Position numbers and translations under genes: made by a program. Shown here one piece after another: positions 1 through 11,699 of a stretch of DNA of 64,000 bases. How positions within the stretch are numbered: the stretch's first letter is position 1; every line of letters starts with the position of its first letter. Location of the stretch: positions 11,346,001-11,410,000 of the forward strand of contig NC_135824.1 in NCBI RefSeq assembly GCF_964213995.1, read 5' to 3'. The notes below the pieces were generated by a model. That model did not search any database and was not told the DNA's origin. It saw only the letters and a program-made list of their open reading frames with translations. This stretch comes from Mustelus asterias (lineage: Eukaryota).

Positions 1-1435
1 ATTGTTGTAAAAGGCCACCTGGTTCGTCCATGCCATTTCAGGAAGGAAATCTGCTGTCCTTACCTGGTCTCTCCTAGATGTGACTCCAGACCCACAGCAA
101 AGTGGTTGACTCTAAAATGCCCTTGCAAGCTATTCAGTTTCAGTGCAGTTGGGGATGGACAACAAATGGCGGCCCAGCCAGTGATGCCCATGAATGAATT
201 AAAAAAAATACTTTTGGAGCAAATCACAGCCAACTGGCACAAAGCAACATCCCAAAATCAGTAAAATGAACAAGTGACGGGATAATCTAGTTTTGGTGCT
301 GTTTATTGAGGGAGGATTGCTGGGTAGAACACTGGATCAACTCCTGTTCTCCAGTTACTGTGGTGTGATCTTGGGTTCACCTGCCATAGGGCCTTGGTTC
401 AATGTCAAATGCAAAGGATAGCATTTATGACTATGTGGCACTTTCACATCACTATCCTGAAAGATCAAATTGGGTTATTGTTCACAAGGGTCAAACTACG
501 AGGGCACGTCTCAAGACCTGTTCTTGTAATGCCTCGGGAGTAGGGATTGAAAGGTCATCTAATTGAGGTGTTTTATTTCCCCGATCAAATCCTATAAACA
601 TCTTAAAGAGAAACTTCCCTCGAGTGGGAGAATAATCTAAAAATCAAAGCTCGTCTGTTCAGGGGTGAGGTCAGGAAGGTCGATTTCATACCAAAGGGAG
701 TGAAAATCTGGAACTTTGTCAAAATGCTGTTGAGGCTGCAGATGAACAGAAATGTTCAAAACTGAGACTTTTGTTAAGCAAGAGTACTGACGGATTGCAG
801 AGCGAAGGTAGGCAGGTCAAACCTGCCATAATCTAACTGAATGATAGAACAGGCTTGAGGGTCTGAATGGCCTCCTCCTGACTCTCTCTGTCTTGAGTTT
901 ACAATATCCGAATTTCTCAACAACACCAACTAAGTCCTAAAGTTGGCATGTTAACATTCTGCTGAGCCACCAACTCTTAGCCCCAATTCTATTCCTGTCT
1001 CACGGAATGCAGGAGGCACATCACATAGCGTACCGCACTGTAAAACTGAACAGTGGTTAATGACATGCATTTCTCTACAGTGCTGAGATATCTGGAGTTT
1101 GCCCCACCCCCCGAGTAAAAGAAAACCAAAACTGTTTGTCAGTACATTTGTGCTAGGGTTGTTCGTCCACTAGCAAAGTCCTTTGTCCAAAAACCAAACT
1201 GCTTCGCAGTTCATCAAACAATCTAATATATTCCAGGTGTAATAAGTGTTAACAGGTAAGAAGTAGGGTGTGTCAAAACTGATAACTGGAGAAACAACCT
1301 AGTATTTGCAAATGATAGCTAGCCTAGGCGATTGTAATGCAAAGTCTACCGTATGTACAGTAGATATGAGAACTAAATGCATTTGGCCCTAAGGGATTCA
1401 GGTAAAGAATATTTGACCTGTACTACACAAGCTAT

Positions 1436-1598
1436 GTAAGAGTTTTAACAACACCAGGTTAAAGTCCAACAGGTTTATTTGGTAGCAAATGCCATTAGCT
1501 TTCATTTGCTACCAAATAAACCTGTTGGACTTTAACCTGGTGTTGTTAAAACTCTTACTGTGGTTACCCCAGTCCAACGCCGGCATCTCCACATCATG
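1436..1598 (+). mobile_element. Penelope-like pLTR fragment with inverted 5' arm
   Basis: 56-bp perfect inverted arms (1436-1491 / 1503-1558); flanking TSD actacacaagctat(g) at 1422 and 1599. Confidence 0.75.
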
Positions 1599-2416
1599 AC
1601 TACACAAGCTATGGCAGAATACAATCAAAGCCCATAAGATGTGGAGGGTCGGCTGGATAGTGCGATAGGTACCAAGAAGCTCAAAGTGGTTTTAATTCTA
1701 ACTTTTTCTGGGTGACTATTGCTTAAAGTTAATTTATTAGTGTCACAAGTAGGCTTACATTGAAGTTACTGCAATGAAGTTATTGTGAAAATCCCCTAGT
1801 CGCCACACTCATGCGCCTGTTCGGGTACACTGAGGGAGAATTTAGCACTAACCTCCACATCTTTCAGACTGTGGGAGGAAACCAGAGCACCCGGAGGCAA
1901 CCCACGCAGACATGAGGAGAACATGCAAACTCCACACAGATAGTCATCCAAGCCGGGAATTGAACCCGGGTCCCTGGCACTGTGAGGCAGCCGTGCTAAC
2001 CACTGTAACACAATTGGAACGATCCGAAGTTTGAGATTTAAACTGCATTATCAGATGGTTCCAGGAGCAGGGCAATTGCCCGTCAGATGTTTGAACTTCC
2101 TGGGCAATTTCCATGCAATCCTTACCTGGAAATTTCCAGCAGGTTCCTCAGCGTATCCAGATATGCTGCCTTGGAGCTGGGAAGTTACTGGACAAGATCT
2201 ATCTTATACTCTAACATTCAGAATTACCACATGATCGATATGAATTAACAGGCAAACTGTGGTCAAACACACTAAACTGCACAATAAAAGACAGGTGTAG
2301 CCAAGACAGATTCCACGCATTTCTCAGAAACCCACACTGATGTCAGTGTGCACTGTGAGCTCCACAATCTCATCTCCTTCATGAGGGATTGCCAGTCATC
2401 AGTTTCAAAGATCAAG

Positions 2417-2525
2417 GCCAGAATTTTACCAGCACTCCCTCCCCGAGGGTCGCAGAACGGCATTCTCCGTTGGCCTTGGGCAGGATCTTACAAACCTCGG
2501 GCGGGTGAGGCGATAAAATTCTGGC
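2417..2525. mobile_element. Non-autonomous TIR element (MITE, possibly PIF/Harbinger-like); relatives at about 12531-12632, 16727-16817, 26690-26790, 38110-38158, 57785-57968, with larger derivatives in 60055-63510
   Basis: Terminal inverted repeats GCCAGAATTTTA...TAAAATTCTGGC; the 16727 copy has GGGCAGAATTTTCC...GGAAAATTCTGCCC. Confidence 0.6.
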
Positions 2526-3799
2526 ACAAGCCTCTGAATTCCCTCCAAAAGTCACTTTGACTCGGGCTGCTTACCTCCTGAAGGATAAATCTCTTCTCCT
2601 GAGACTACACTCCACTGGCTTCCTGAGACTGAACTCCAGTACCAACATGCCAAGCAGAACACCATTGCTCCAAAAGGGTTACTTTTTCCTCCAACTGTTT
2701 GTGTGTTGGTCACATGGCCTACTGTACCTTAGGTAACCCTAGTCTGACTTGAGTGATTATTTCAGACTGCTTCATTTGCACTATATTTAGGACGAGCTCC
2801 TAAGTAGGCACATCTCCTGTGAATATAGACTAGTCCATCTCCTCAACAGAGTACCTGGCATATGACTGCTGATATCGCTGTTATATCATGATGTTAATCT
2901 TTACTATAACTATCCTATTAACTCATTATACTTCATCAACAGCCCACAGCAAGAAGTTATCAACCTTCTGCTGTCTTTTCAGCTCCCTACAGCTCCTCCT
3001 GAGCCCTCACTACCTGAAATCTGCCAGTACTTTTGCTGCCTGGAACCTCTTCTCCTGGAAAGGAATCCCCTCCAACTGGACTTTTTATTAAATATCAAGC
3101 TTCATGAACATAAAAATGCAAACAAACAGGTCAAACCTCAAGACAGAGGCAGGCAGTATTGGATGGGATTAATCTTCACAAAGAAATCAAGTCGATACTC
3201 ATAGAATCCTGACAATGCAGGAAGAGGCCATTCGACCCATTGAGTCTGCACTGACTCTCTCTGGTAAAGCATCTTAACCAGACCCTCCCCCGTCCCCACA
3301 TACATACTCAGCTAATTTCCCTAAGCTACACATCTTTGGACACTAAGGGGCAATTTATCATGGCCAATCCATCTAACCGACACATCTTTGGATTGAGAGG
3401 GGAAACCCACGCAGACACGGGCAAAACATGCAAACTCCACACAGATAGTCACACCAAGGCCAGAACTGAACCAGGGTCCCTGGCACTGTGAGGCAGCAGT
3501 GCTAATCACTGTGCCATCTTGCCATTCTGTGTAACAGCACTGGGACATTACCATCTCAAAGACAAATCAGTGGCCATCAAGAAACCCAGTTAAAGAAACT
3601 GGGAGACTATCAGAGCTCATGGCCCCAGACAACAGCCACTATACAAAAAAAATCAACAACTGCTGAGTAGAAATGGACTTAATCACATGCTTATCACCTT
3701 GGGAGCCATAGACATCACACTGGAATGGGGTCCATTTTTTCGATCCTGGAAAACAACAGCGTGATGAATGGGTTTATCTGGACCAAGGCAGGAAGCAGG

Positions 3800-4045
3800 T
3801 TTAGAAACATAGAAAACTACAGCACAAAACAGGCCCTTCGGCCCCACAAGTTGTGCCGAACATATCCCTACCTTTTAGGCCTACCTATAACCCTCCATCC
3901 TATTAAGTCCCATGTACTCATCCAGGAGTCTCTTAAAAGACCCTATTGAGTTTGCCTCCACCACCACTGACGGCAGCCGATTCCACTCGCCCACCACCCT
4001 CTGTGTGAAAAACTTACCCCTAACATTTCCCCATGTACCTACACC
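3800..4045 (-). mobile_element. CR1 LINE 3' end
   Basis: Minus strand has FFTQRVVGEWNRLP and a gggccgaagggcctgtt...ttctatgtttct tail. Confidence 0.8.
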
Positions 4046-4160
4046 CCTTTTTTTCTTCTTTTTTTTTCGAAGCTGTTAGAGGCTCCTACAGCTTGAGGGT
4101 CCAGTTCTAGTTTATCAGGTTTTAGTATCTGCTCCATCCCAAAACTTTTGCTAATAAAAT

Positions 4161-4367
4161 TGATGCACCATCAATCAAGCAAAGACTAGTTTGTATGCAA
4201 GAACAAATAGGCTTTTATTAGCAAAAGACTTGGAGCACACCCATGCTGATGAACTGGTCCAGAGACACAGGACCAGGGGGGGGGGGGAGGAGTCCCGGGC
4301 AGGGCCGGCAGGGACGTGTCCAGGCATGTCACACACACAGGCAATAAGCTAACAGTGGTTTACCACA
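4161..4367 (-). mobile_element. Probable solo LTR
   Basis: Minus strand starts TGTGGTAAACCACTGT, ends ...TGCATCA and contains AATAAA; no clear TSD. Confidence 0.45.
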
Positions 4368-7114
4368 CACTTAAAATCTAGATAAAGTGTGTGTAACAAA
4401 AGTGGATTACAATCATCAGCATAGAAAACTTAGCATTAACATGACTGATACTCAGATTAGCATAATGTATATTATCAGAACACTGGATAAGATATTTCTA
4501 GATCTTTGTAGAGCATGACTTGGTTTGGTAGAATCTGATCAGACATGTACTTATAATGAATGATACTCTTGAGAAACAGTCAATAATAAAGGAAGACTTT
4601 TCACCCACACATCTGCTGTAGCCTGGTTTTAAGGGCTACTGGTAAAGAGAAGGGTGGTTAAGAATTGAATTGAGATAATTAAATACCGCACTGGACACAA
4701 TGAAGTTAGTTTTGATCTCGCAGGGTGAAACCAGTGGGAGGCGATTGGGGCAAGAGCAGTGGCCACCCAGAGACATTCCAATTTCTCAATTGATTCATGC
4801 TCTAGATGAGTCACCAATACCAGTACGTTTCCCATATGCATTGATTAGGAAGTTGAAAACTGAGCACCATTGCAGTTTCTTTTTTTAAATTAATTTATGG
4901 GATTTGGATGTCACTGGCTACACCAGCATTTATTGCCTATTCAGAGGTGCCCTTGAGAAGGTGATGGTGAGCTGTCTTTTTGAACAGCTGCAGTCTCCGA
5001 AGTATAGATACACCCATAGTGCTGTTCGCTACACCCATAGTGCTGTACGCGGGCGCGGGGGGGGCAGAGAATTTAATAATTTTGACCCAGTGACAGTGAT
5101 AGAATGATGCTGTATTTCCATGGCAGGATGGTGAGTGACTTGGAGGGGAACCTCTAGGTGATGGTGTTCCCAGGTATCTGCTGCTCTTGTCCTTCTAGAT
5201 GTTAGTGGTTTTGGGAGGTGCTGCCTAAGGAATCTTTGTGAGTTTCTGCAGTGCATCTTGTAGATGACACACACGGCTGCCACTGTTTGTTGGTGGTAGA
5301 GGGATTCAGTGTTTGTGGAAGGGATAGTGGTCAAACGGGTTGCTTTGTCCTGGATGTTGTCAAGCTTCTTCAGTATTGTTGGAGCTTTACGTATCCAGAC
5401 AAGTGGAGGGTACTCTTAATGGCCTGGAGCAGCTAAAAACTGAACTGATTTTTATGCCTATGGTAGGGATGTTGCAGAAAGATACCGAGGGTGCAGAGAG
5501 TGCTAAGTGCCTTGCAGAATGCTGAAGAAACAAATGAGATTAGGGAAGAGGTCCTTTCACCCATGGGTGATCAAGGGGTGTAGAGGTGATTATGACAAAA
5601 CAGAAAAGTGAGAAACATTTTTTCCAGGATCTGGCTGCAGTGCATAAAGAAATGTTGCTGTAACCAAGGAAATGTCATCTGTTATAAATAACGAGACATT
5701 GTACAATGGTGAGAACGATTGCTGTTCTGGAGGTTTTCTTGATTATTGTGGAAGCAGAGGTAAGAGAGAAATGTTATATTATTTTCCTTTGTTACCAAGT
5801 AAATTGAAGAATCAATGTTTTGAGAAATTGCACATGGTCTGTGGGAGTAGTGTCTGATGGTTTGAGACCTTTGAAAGTGGGAATCGGCCATGCAAAGACA
5901 GATTAGATTCTAGGTTTATGCGAAGGACATCAAATGTGAGAAAAAGACAATCATGTCGTGCAACCCATAGATTCAGCTGCCCCCAGTTTGAACCATCCCA
6001 TTATAGAAAGATAGTCATGGAAAAGAAAGGGAGAAAGATAGGAAGAGTCCAGCAAAGGCTCAATAGAATGATGCAAGGACTTAGCGATTGTATAGTTACC
6101 AAGAAAGGGTTTCAAATAAAAGCTTTTGGCTTTGGAACAGATACATTTATGCAAATTAATAGAGGATGCCAAAATTCTGGAAGATCTGTGAAGTTTTTAC
6201 TGTTGGCAAATTGGTTGCAGGGAGGAAGATTACGTTTTTTTTCAGAGTCATTAGAGAATTGAGTATTTTACCACAAATTGCTAATGAGGCAAAGACTGTA
6301 ACATCCTTTAAAATTGCATTGATTAGGCATTTGAAAAGAGAGAATAAAAACTGATGTGATGTGTGGAGTGAAAATATGCAGCATCAGTTGAAGAATTAAC
6401 ATCAACACCGATATAATGGACTGAATAGACGTCTGCTGTGCTGTAATCTCTATGGCTCTACGCCTTCATGTGTTTTAAGGTTAGAGTTGCAGAGCGACTG
6501 CAAAATAATGGCCCACGTTATTGAAGCTGCTATTTTGTGTCATGAACTGTGTTTTTCAATTCCACAATCCTTTCAAAAAAAGCACACTTTTTTTTTTGTC
6601 GGTTGCTGCAATCACCATTTCCCTGTAGCGCCTAAAGTAAAATCCCAGCGAAGCTTTGTGACAGCTAAAGAGCCCCATTGCCACAGGAATGCATCTCTGT
6701 GTAACCAGATGAGCCTACAAGCAGGGTCTATGTCAAAAACAACAGATTAAAATACCGAATGAAAACACAGGGAAGCAGTAACTGTGTGGAAAATGTCTGT
6801 GTGAAAATCTGTTCACACCTTACACTGACCTGACCTTGTAGAAGGCTGGAGTTTTGCATTGAAAAATGTCAGGAGTTAGTTACGGAAATACCCCTTATCT
6901 TTTTCTACTCAGCGTGCCGTCTTTGGACATGCACAATACAGTCCGCCATGTCTTCATTGCAATAAAGAGTGTTCTCACTTTTCATGCTGCAGTGTGAAGA
7001 GATTTACTGTTGGCAAATTGGTTGCAGGGAGGCAGATTATGTTTCTTTTCAGAGTTATTAAAGAGATTAAAAGGTGCTAAGTACTGACCATCAGGCAGGA
7101 GCTCTCCAGGAAAT

Positions 7115-7440
7115 ATAGAATCATAGAATCCCTACAGTGCAGAAGGAGGCCATTCAGCCCATCGAGCCTGCACCGACAACAATCCCACCCTGGCCCTATC
7201 CCCGCAACCCCCCATATTTACCCTGCTAATCCCCCTCACACTAAGGGGCAATTTAGCATGGCCAATCAACCTAACCCGCACATCTTCGGACTGTGGAAGG
7301 AAACCGGCGCACCCGGAGGAAACCCACGCAGACGCGGGGAGAACGTGCAAACCCCACACGGACAGTGACCCGAGGTCGGAATTGAACACAGGTCTGTGGC
7401 GTTGTGAGGCAGCAGTGCTAACCACTGTGCCACCATGCCA
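7115..7440 (-). mobile_element. HE1-type V-SINE with CR1 tail (representative; others at about 3200-3520, 12955-13275, 13798-14105, 16588-17128, 19480-19835, 25758-26065, 28170-28472, 31770-32070, 37717-38025, 45277-45568, 47147-47452, 58402-58720)
   Basis: tRNA head ggtggcacagtggttagcactgctgcctcaca, V core gtgtggagtttgca..ttctccccgtgtctgcgtgggtttcctccgggtgctccgg, tail ...ctgcactgtagggattctatgattcta. Confidence 0.9.
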
Positions 7441-8968
7441 CTTCTATGCTTTGATATTTTTAATAAATTATGCAATAAAAGCACCAAGACAATATGGTCT
7501 GGCATTGCACTCGCTGAATGAGAGTCTGGAATAGTCAACCAAAAGGGAAAATGCTGGAAAATCTCAGCAGGTCTGGCAGCATCTGCAAGGAGAGAAAGGA
7601 ACTGATGTTTCGAGTCCAGATGACCCAACCTGATTTAGGGACCTATAGCTTGCACTGCACAGACCAACCCAGTAGGGGGGTGCTATCAGCCAGATCCAAG
7701 GGATATTGGGGCTGAGGTTTAAAGATAGTTTAAAAGTAGCAACTAAATCCTGAGGGGTGTTTGAATTGAAATGGGTGGAGGGGAGGGGGGGGGGGGTTGT
7801 CTGCTGAATTTCAGTGGGGGTTTTTATTAATGAGTCAGTTTTCAGTGTTGTGAAGCATTACACTAGTTGAGAGTTCCTGTATTGGGGCATTAGGTGTGTT
7901 TTTTTTGTTAATAAACATGCTGGTGGTTGAACCTAAAACCCTGCATCCACGCAAGTGTCTCCTTTATAATATCCTCAAGTCAAGAACTGACACCAGGGTA
8001 AATGGCAGCTGCACCATTTACACTCCCAATGGTTTCTCTTGCCAGTGGTCTCTGCCTGGTTGTTCTTTCCCTAGTGGTCTCCCTTTCTGTGTCCTCCCCC
8101 TCAGTTCTCTCTCTTTCCTGGGTCTCTCCTTGTAATGGCGCCAAATCTGGGTCTCCCAATAGCTGTTTGCCGCGCCACACCAGTACACTCTCAATGTCCC
8201 GGATAGTTGAACCCTACAACTGAAGAAAACACTAGAACAATGAACACGCAGCCTGTCAACTCTTGGGCCTTGTGGGAAATGCAGTCCTCAGTCTCCATCA
8301 GAACTCCCAGGGCAAGTTCACATTTCTTTAAATGCCATTAAACAAACACTGCAAGGGGAAATGTTTTGAATGCTAAATACTTATTTTGCCCACACGTAAC
8401 ATCCAATAGCTCTCAGATCAAGTGACATTTGAGTTCAGATGAAAAATCAATTGGTCAATATAGATAGGACTTGATTCCTACAAGACACCACCCTCTAGTG
8501 GAAGATCAAGGATTTGTTTTTGCTTCCAAGCTTTGATAATAAAGTTTATTTATTTTGTGTCACAATTGGGTTTACATTAACACTGCAACAAAGTTACTGT
8601 GAAAATCCCCGAGTCACCACACTCCGGTGCCAGTTTGGGTACACTGAGGGAGAATTTAGCATGGCCAATGCACCTAACCTGCACATCTTTTGGATTGTGG
8701 GAGGAAACCGGAGCACCCGGGGAATCCCACACAGACACAGGAAGAACTTGCAGACTCCACACAGACAGTGACCCAAGCTGGGAATCGAACCCGGGTCCCT
8801 GGCGCTGTGAGGCAACAGTGCTAACCACTGTAGCACCGTGCCGCCCTAAAGTTCAAGAGTTTAAAGTTTATTTGTTTGTGTCACAAGTAGGCTTACATTA
8901 ACACTGCAATGAAGCTACTGTGAAAATCCCCTAGTTGCCACACTCCGGCACTTGTTCAGGTATACTGG

Positions 8969-9272
8969 AGCAGCATGGTGGCACAGTAGTTAGCACCGCT
9001 GCCTCACAGCACCAGGGACCCGGGTTCGATTCCTGGCTTGGGTCACTGTCTGTGTGGAGTCTGCATGTTCTCCCTGTGTCTGCGTGGGTTTCCTCCGCGT
9101 GCTCCGATTTCCTCCCACAATCTGAAAGACGTGCTGGTTAGGTGTATTGGCCATGCTAAATTCTCCCTCAGTGTACCCAAACAGACGCCGGAGTGTGGCG
9201 ACTAGGGGATTTTCACAGTAACGTCATTGCAGTGTTAATGTAAGCCTTACTTGTGGCACTAATAAATAAATA
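8969..9272 (+). mobile_element. V-SINE with alternative tail B (representative; others at about 1726-2010, 8543-8847, 8860-8968, 9282-9470, 11391-11660, 20541-20815, 21100-21410, 22998-23310, 27238-27515, 50320-50472)
   Basis: Same head and core as HE1, but tail ctccctcagtgtacccgaacaggcgccggagtgtggcgactaggggattttcacagtaacttcattgcagtgttaatgtaagcctacttgtgac(ac)taataaataaac. Confidence 0.88.
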
Positions 9273-9859
9273 AGCTTAAAAACTGAGGGAAAATTTAGCA
9301 TGGCCAATGCACCTAACCAGCACGTCTTTTGGACTGTGGGAGGAAACTGGAGCACCCGGAGGAAACCCACGCAGACACAGGGAGAATGTGCAAACTCCAC
9401 ACAGACCGTGACCCAAGCCGGGAATCGAACCTGGGTCCCTGGCGCTGTGAGGCAGCAGTGCCACCATGCTGTCCAGAGGCATGGACTAAAGTGAAATGCT
9501 ACCTATACCAGGTTAGAAAAGATGGCAAAGCCTTTCAACAATTATTCCACTTAACATCATCTGTCTGTCATGACAAAAGGCATCAGATTCCTTTCAAATG
9601 CTTCAAAAGTGAGAGAATATTTACAATATGGATGGCATTCTATTATATTAATCAGCATCAGCCTTGACAAGGCTAGTGACTTGTGCCAGGTAATACCTCG
9701 CCCTGGAACAGAAGAAAGTCTGCTCTGAACACCACTAAGTGTGGGAAGAGTAACAAGAACAATTAAGTTTGCTTCGAGGATGAATAATTTATGTAATCTT
9801 GAAATCAAACATAAGGAAATGGTGAGAAAACTTTAAGCAAAAAAAAAGAGGATTCTTAC

Positions 9860-10121
9860 CACTTTCACCTTCATTTAGCAGGTAAGAGTCAACCATCTTC
9901 TCAGATCTCGATAAAGCAGCATGAACCCCATTAGTGAGTGATCTTCCAATTCCACTACTCAGGACAGAAGTCACACTTCCATTAACAAAGACTTTTGTTT
10001 TCTCAAGGCTGCAGGTGACCACGTTTATTGCTTTGTCAGAAACATGAAGAATCGGACTGGTGACTTTATCTCTTACGCTTTTCATTTTCCTAACTGCCAT
10101 TTCTTTCACATCACACGCAAT
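9860..10121 (-). CDS. PLIN1: Perilipin coding exon 4 (IACDVKEMAVRKMKSVRDKVTSPI...SEKMVDSYLLNEGES)
   Basis: 262 nt inside ORF 9789..10190, acceptor ctttgcag|ATT, donor G|gtaaga. Resembles PLIN1 IASELKDTISTRLRSARNSISVPIASTSDK; synteny with PEX11A and WDR93 supports PLIN1. Confidence 0.88.
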
Positions 10122-10289
10122 CTGCAAAGGTATCAATAAAGATATTACCACATTGTAAATCCAAGTTAATGCTCTGATTGGATGAATCACTTCGGTGAAT
10201 CTGGTAGTGGCCCTTCTTAAAGTTTGTAAGGACCTGAAAGTGCATATCTCAGCCCTTCTATTGTCTCTACGGAGCTTAATCTATAGATT

Positions 10290-10832
10290 TCATCACATCT
10301 GCTTTCTCAGGAAGCTAAAGAAATTCAGCATGTCTGCTCCGACTCTCACCAATTTTTACATTGGTCAAAATTTCCAGATGCATCTCAGCTTGGTCTGGTT
10401 CCTGCTCTGAATAAGATCACAAGAAACTACAAAAGGCCATGAACGAAGCCCAGTCCATCACACAAACTAGTCTCCCACCCACTGACACCGTCTACACTTT
10501 CCGCTGCCTCGGAAAAGCAGCCAGCATAATCAAGGACCCCACACACCCCGGACATACTCTCTTCCACCTTCTTCCATCGGGAAAAAGATAGAAAAGTCTG
10601 AGGAAACGTACCAACCGACTCAAGAACAGCTTCTTCCCTGCTGCTGTCAGACTTTTGAATGGACTTACCTTGCATTAAGTTGATCTTTCTCTACACCATA
10701 GCTATGACTGTAACACTACATTCTGCACTCTTTCGTTTCCTTCTCTATGAACGGTATGCTTTGGCTGTATAGCATGCAAGAAACAATACTTTTCACTGTA
10801 TGTTAATCCATGTGACAATAATAAATCAAATT
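10290..10832 (+). mobile_element. Rex1/Babar LINE 3' fragment
   Basis: Homologous to 48590-49150; ends catgtgacaataataaatcaaa. Confidence 0.85.
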
Positions 10833-11147
10833 AAAATCTTTCACACTGATCCTATTCATGATTCCTTGTAGTAATGCTTATCAATCACCTCCTCCAGCTC
10901 CCCACAAACATCGATGCTGTAGATATCTCTGCATATCTATTCCTTTCACAGTAACTTCATCGCACTTTAGAAGTGTTCCTTTCGCAAGAGTTTACGTTTA
11001 AAAGAGATATATTTTTCCTCTCAATGACAGCACTAATATAGATCACGAAAAAGGCTTTAGTAAAACCATCGTACAATGGAAATCTTTCTTTTCCTTCCCC
11101 AGTCTTGTTTTTAAACCTGGTGATGAGAATGAAAGGCTGACACTCAC

Positions 11148-11230
11148 TTTTGTGGAGTCCTTGTGAAGTACAGGAAATTTCTCCTCAAGATGGTCAAGTC
11201 CTTTACAAGCATAGTCATTGGCAACTGCAA
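11148..11230 (-). CDS. PLIN1: Perilipin coding exon 3 (IAVANDYACKGLDHLEEKFPVLHKDSTK)
   Basis: 83 nt, acceptor cttacag|TT, donor AAA|gtgagt. Carries the perilipin AN-x-x-AC-x-GLD-x-x-EE motif; phases fit both neighbours. Confidence 0.93.
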
Positions 11231-11699
11231 CTGTAAGTCATAATAATCACGGTCATCACACGAGTGAAACAACAAAATACCAAACTTCTTTGAACACTCG
11301 GTATATGCCTGGTGGGAGGTCTTGTGGTGCAGTGGGTAGCATCCCTGCCTCTGAACTAGAAGCTCTGGGTTCGAGACTCACGCTAGGACTGCGGCACGGT
11401 GGCACAGTGGTTGGCACTGTTGCTTCACAGCGCCAGGGACAGGGTTCGATTCCCCGCTCGGGTCACTGTCTGTGTGGAGTTTGCATGTTCTCCCCGTGTC
11501 TGTGTGGGTTTCCTCCAGCTTCCTCCCACATTCTGAAAGACATGATGGCGAGGTACATTGACCCGAACAGGCACCGGAGTGTGGCGACCAGGGAACTTTC
11601 ACAGTAACTTCATTGCAGTGTTAATGTAAGCCTTACTTGTGACTAATAAATAAACTTTAAAAAAGGAGCATTCATAACACAGCCAAACAGGTTGAGTGC

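Noticed and set aside
2574-2720. Minus-strand donor CAGGAG|gtaagc with upstream coding-like sequence
   Set aside because: Peptide KQLEEKVTLLEQ..LQEVSSP looks like a decayed CR1 ORF1 remnant with an in-frame stop.
4247-4280. CTGATGA followed by a hairpin ctggtcc/ggaccag
   Set aside because: Followed by a G-run rather than GAAA, so the catalytic core is incomplete.
6830-6987. Candidate next perilipin exon (acceptor cactgcag; GYFR-like peptide)
   Set aside because: Immediate stop in the required phase and stops in the other frames; similarity too weak to call.
7980-8219. Strong minus-strand acceptor and acidic ORF 7980..8180
   Set aside because: Phase incompatible with the preceding exon (early stop), low-complexity, no perilipin motif.
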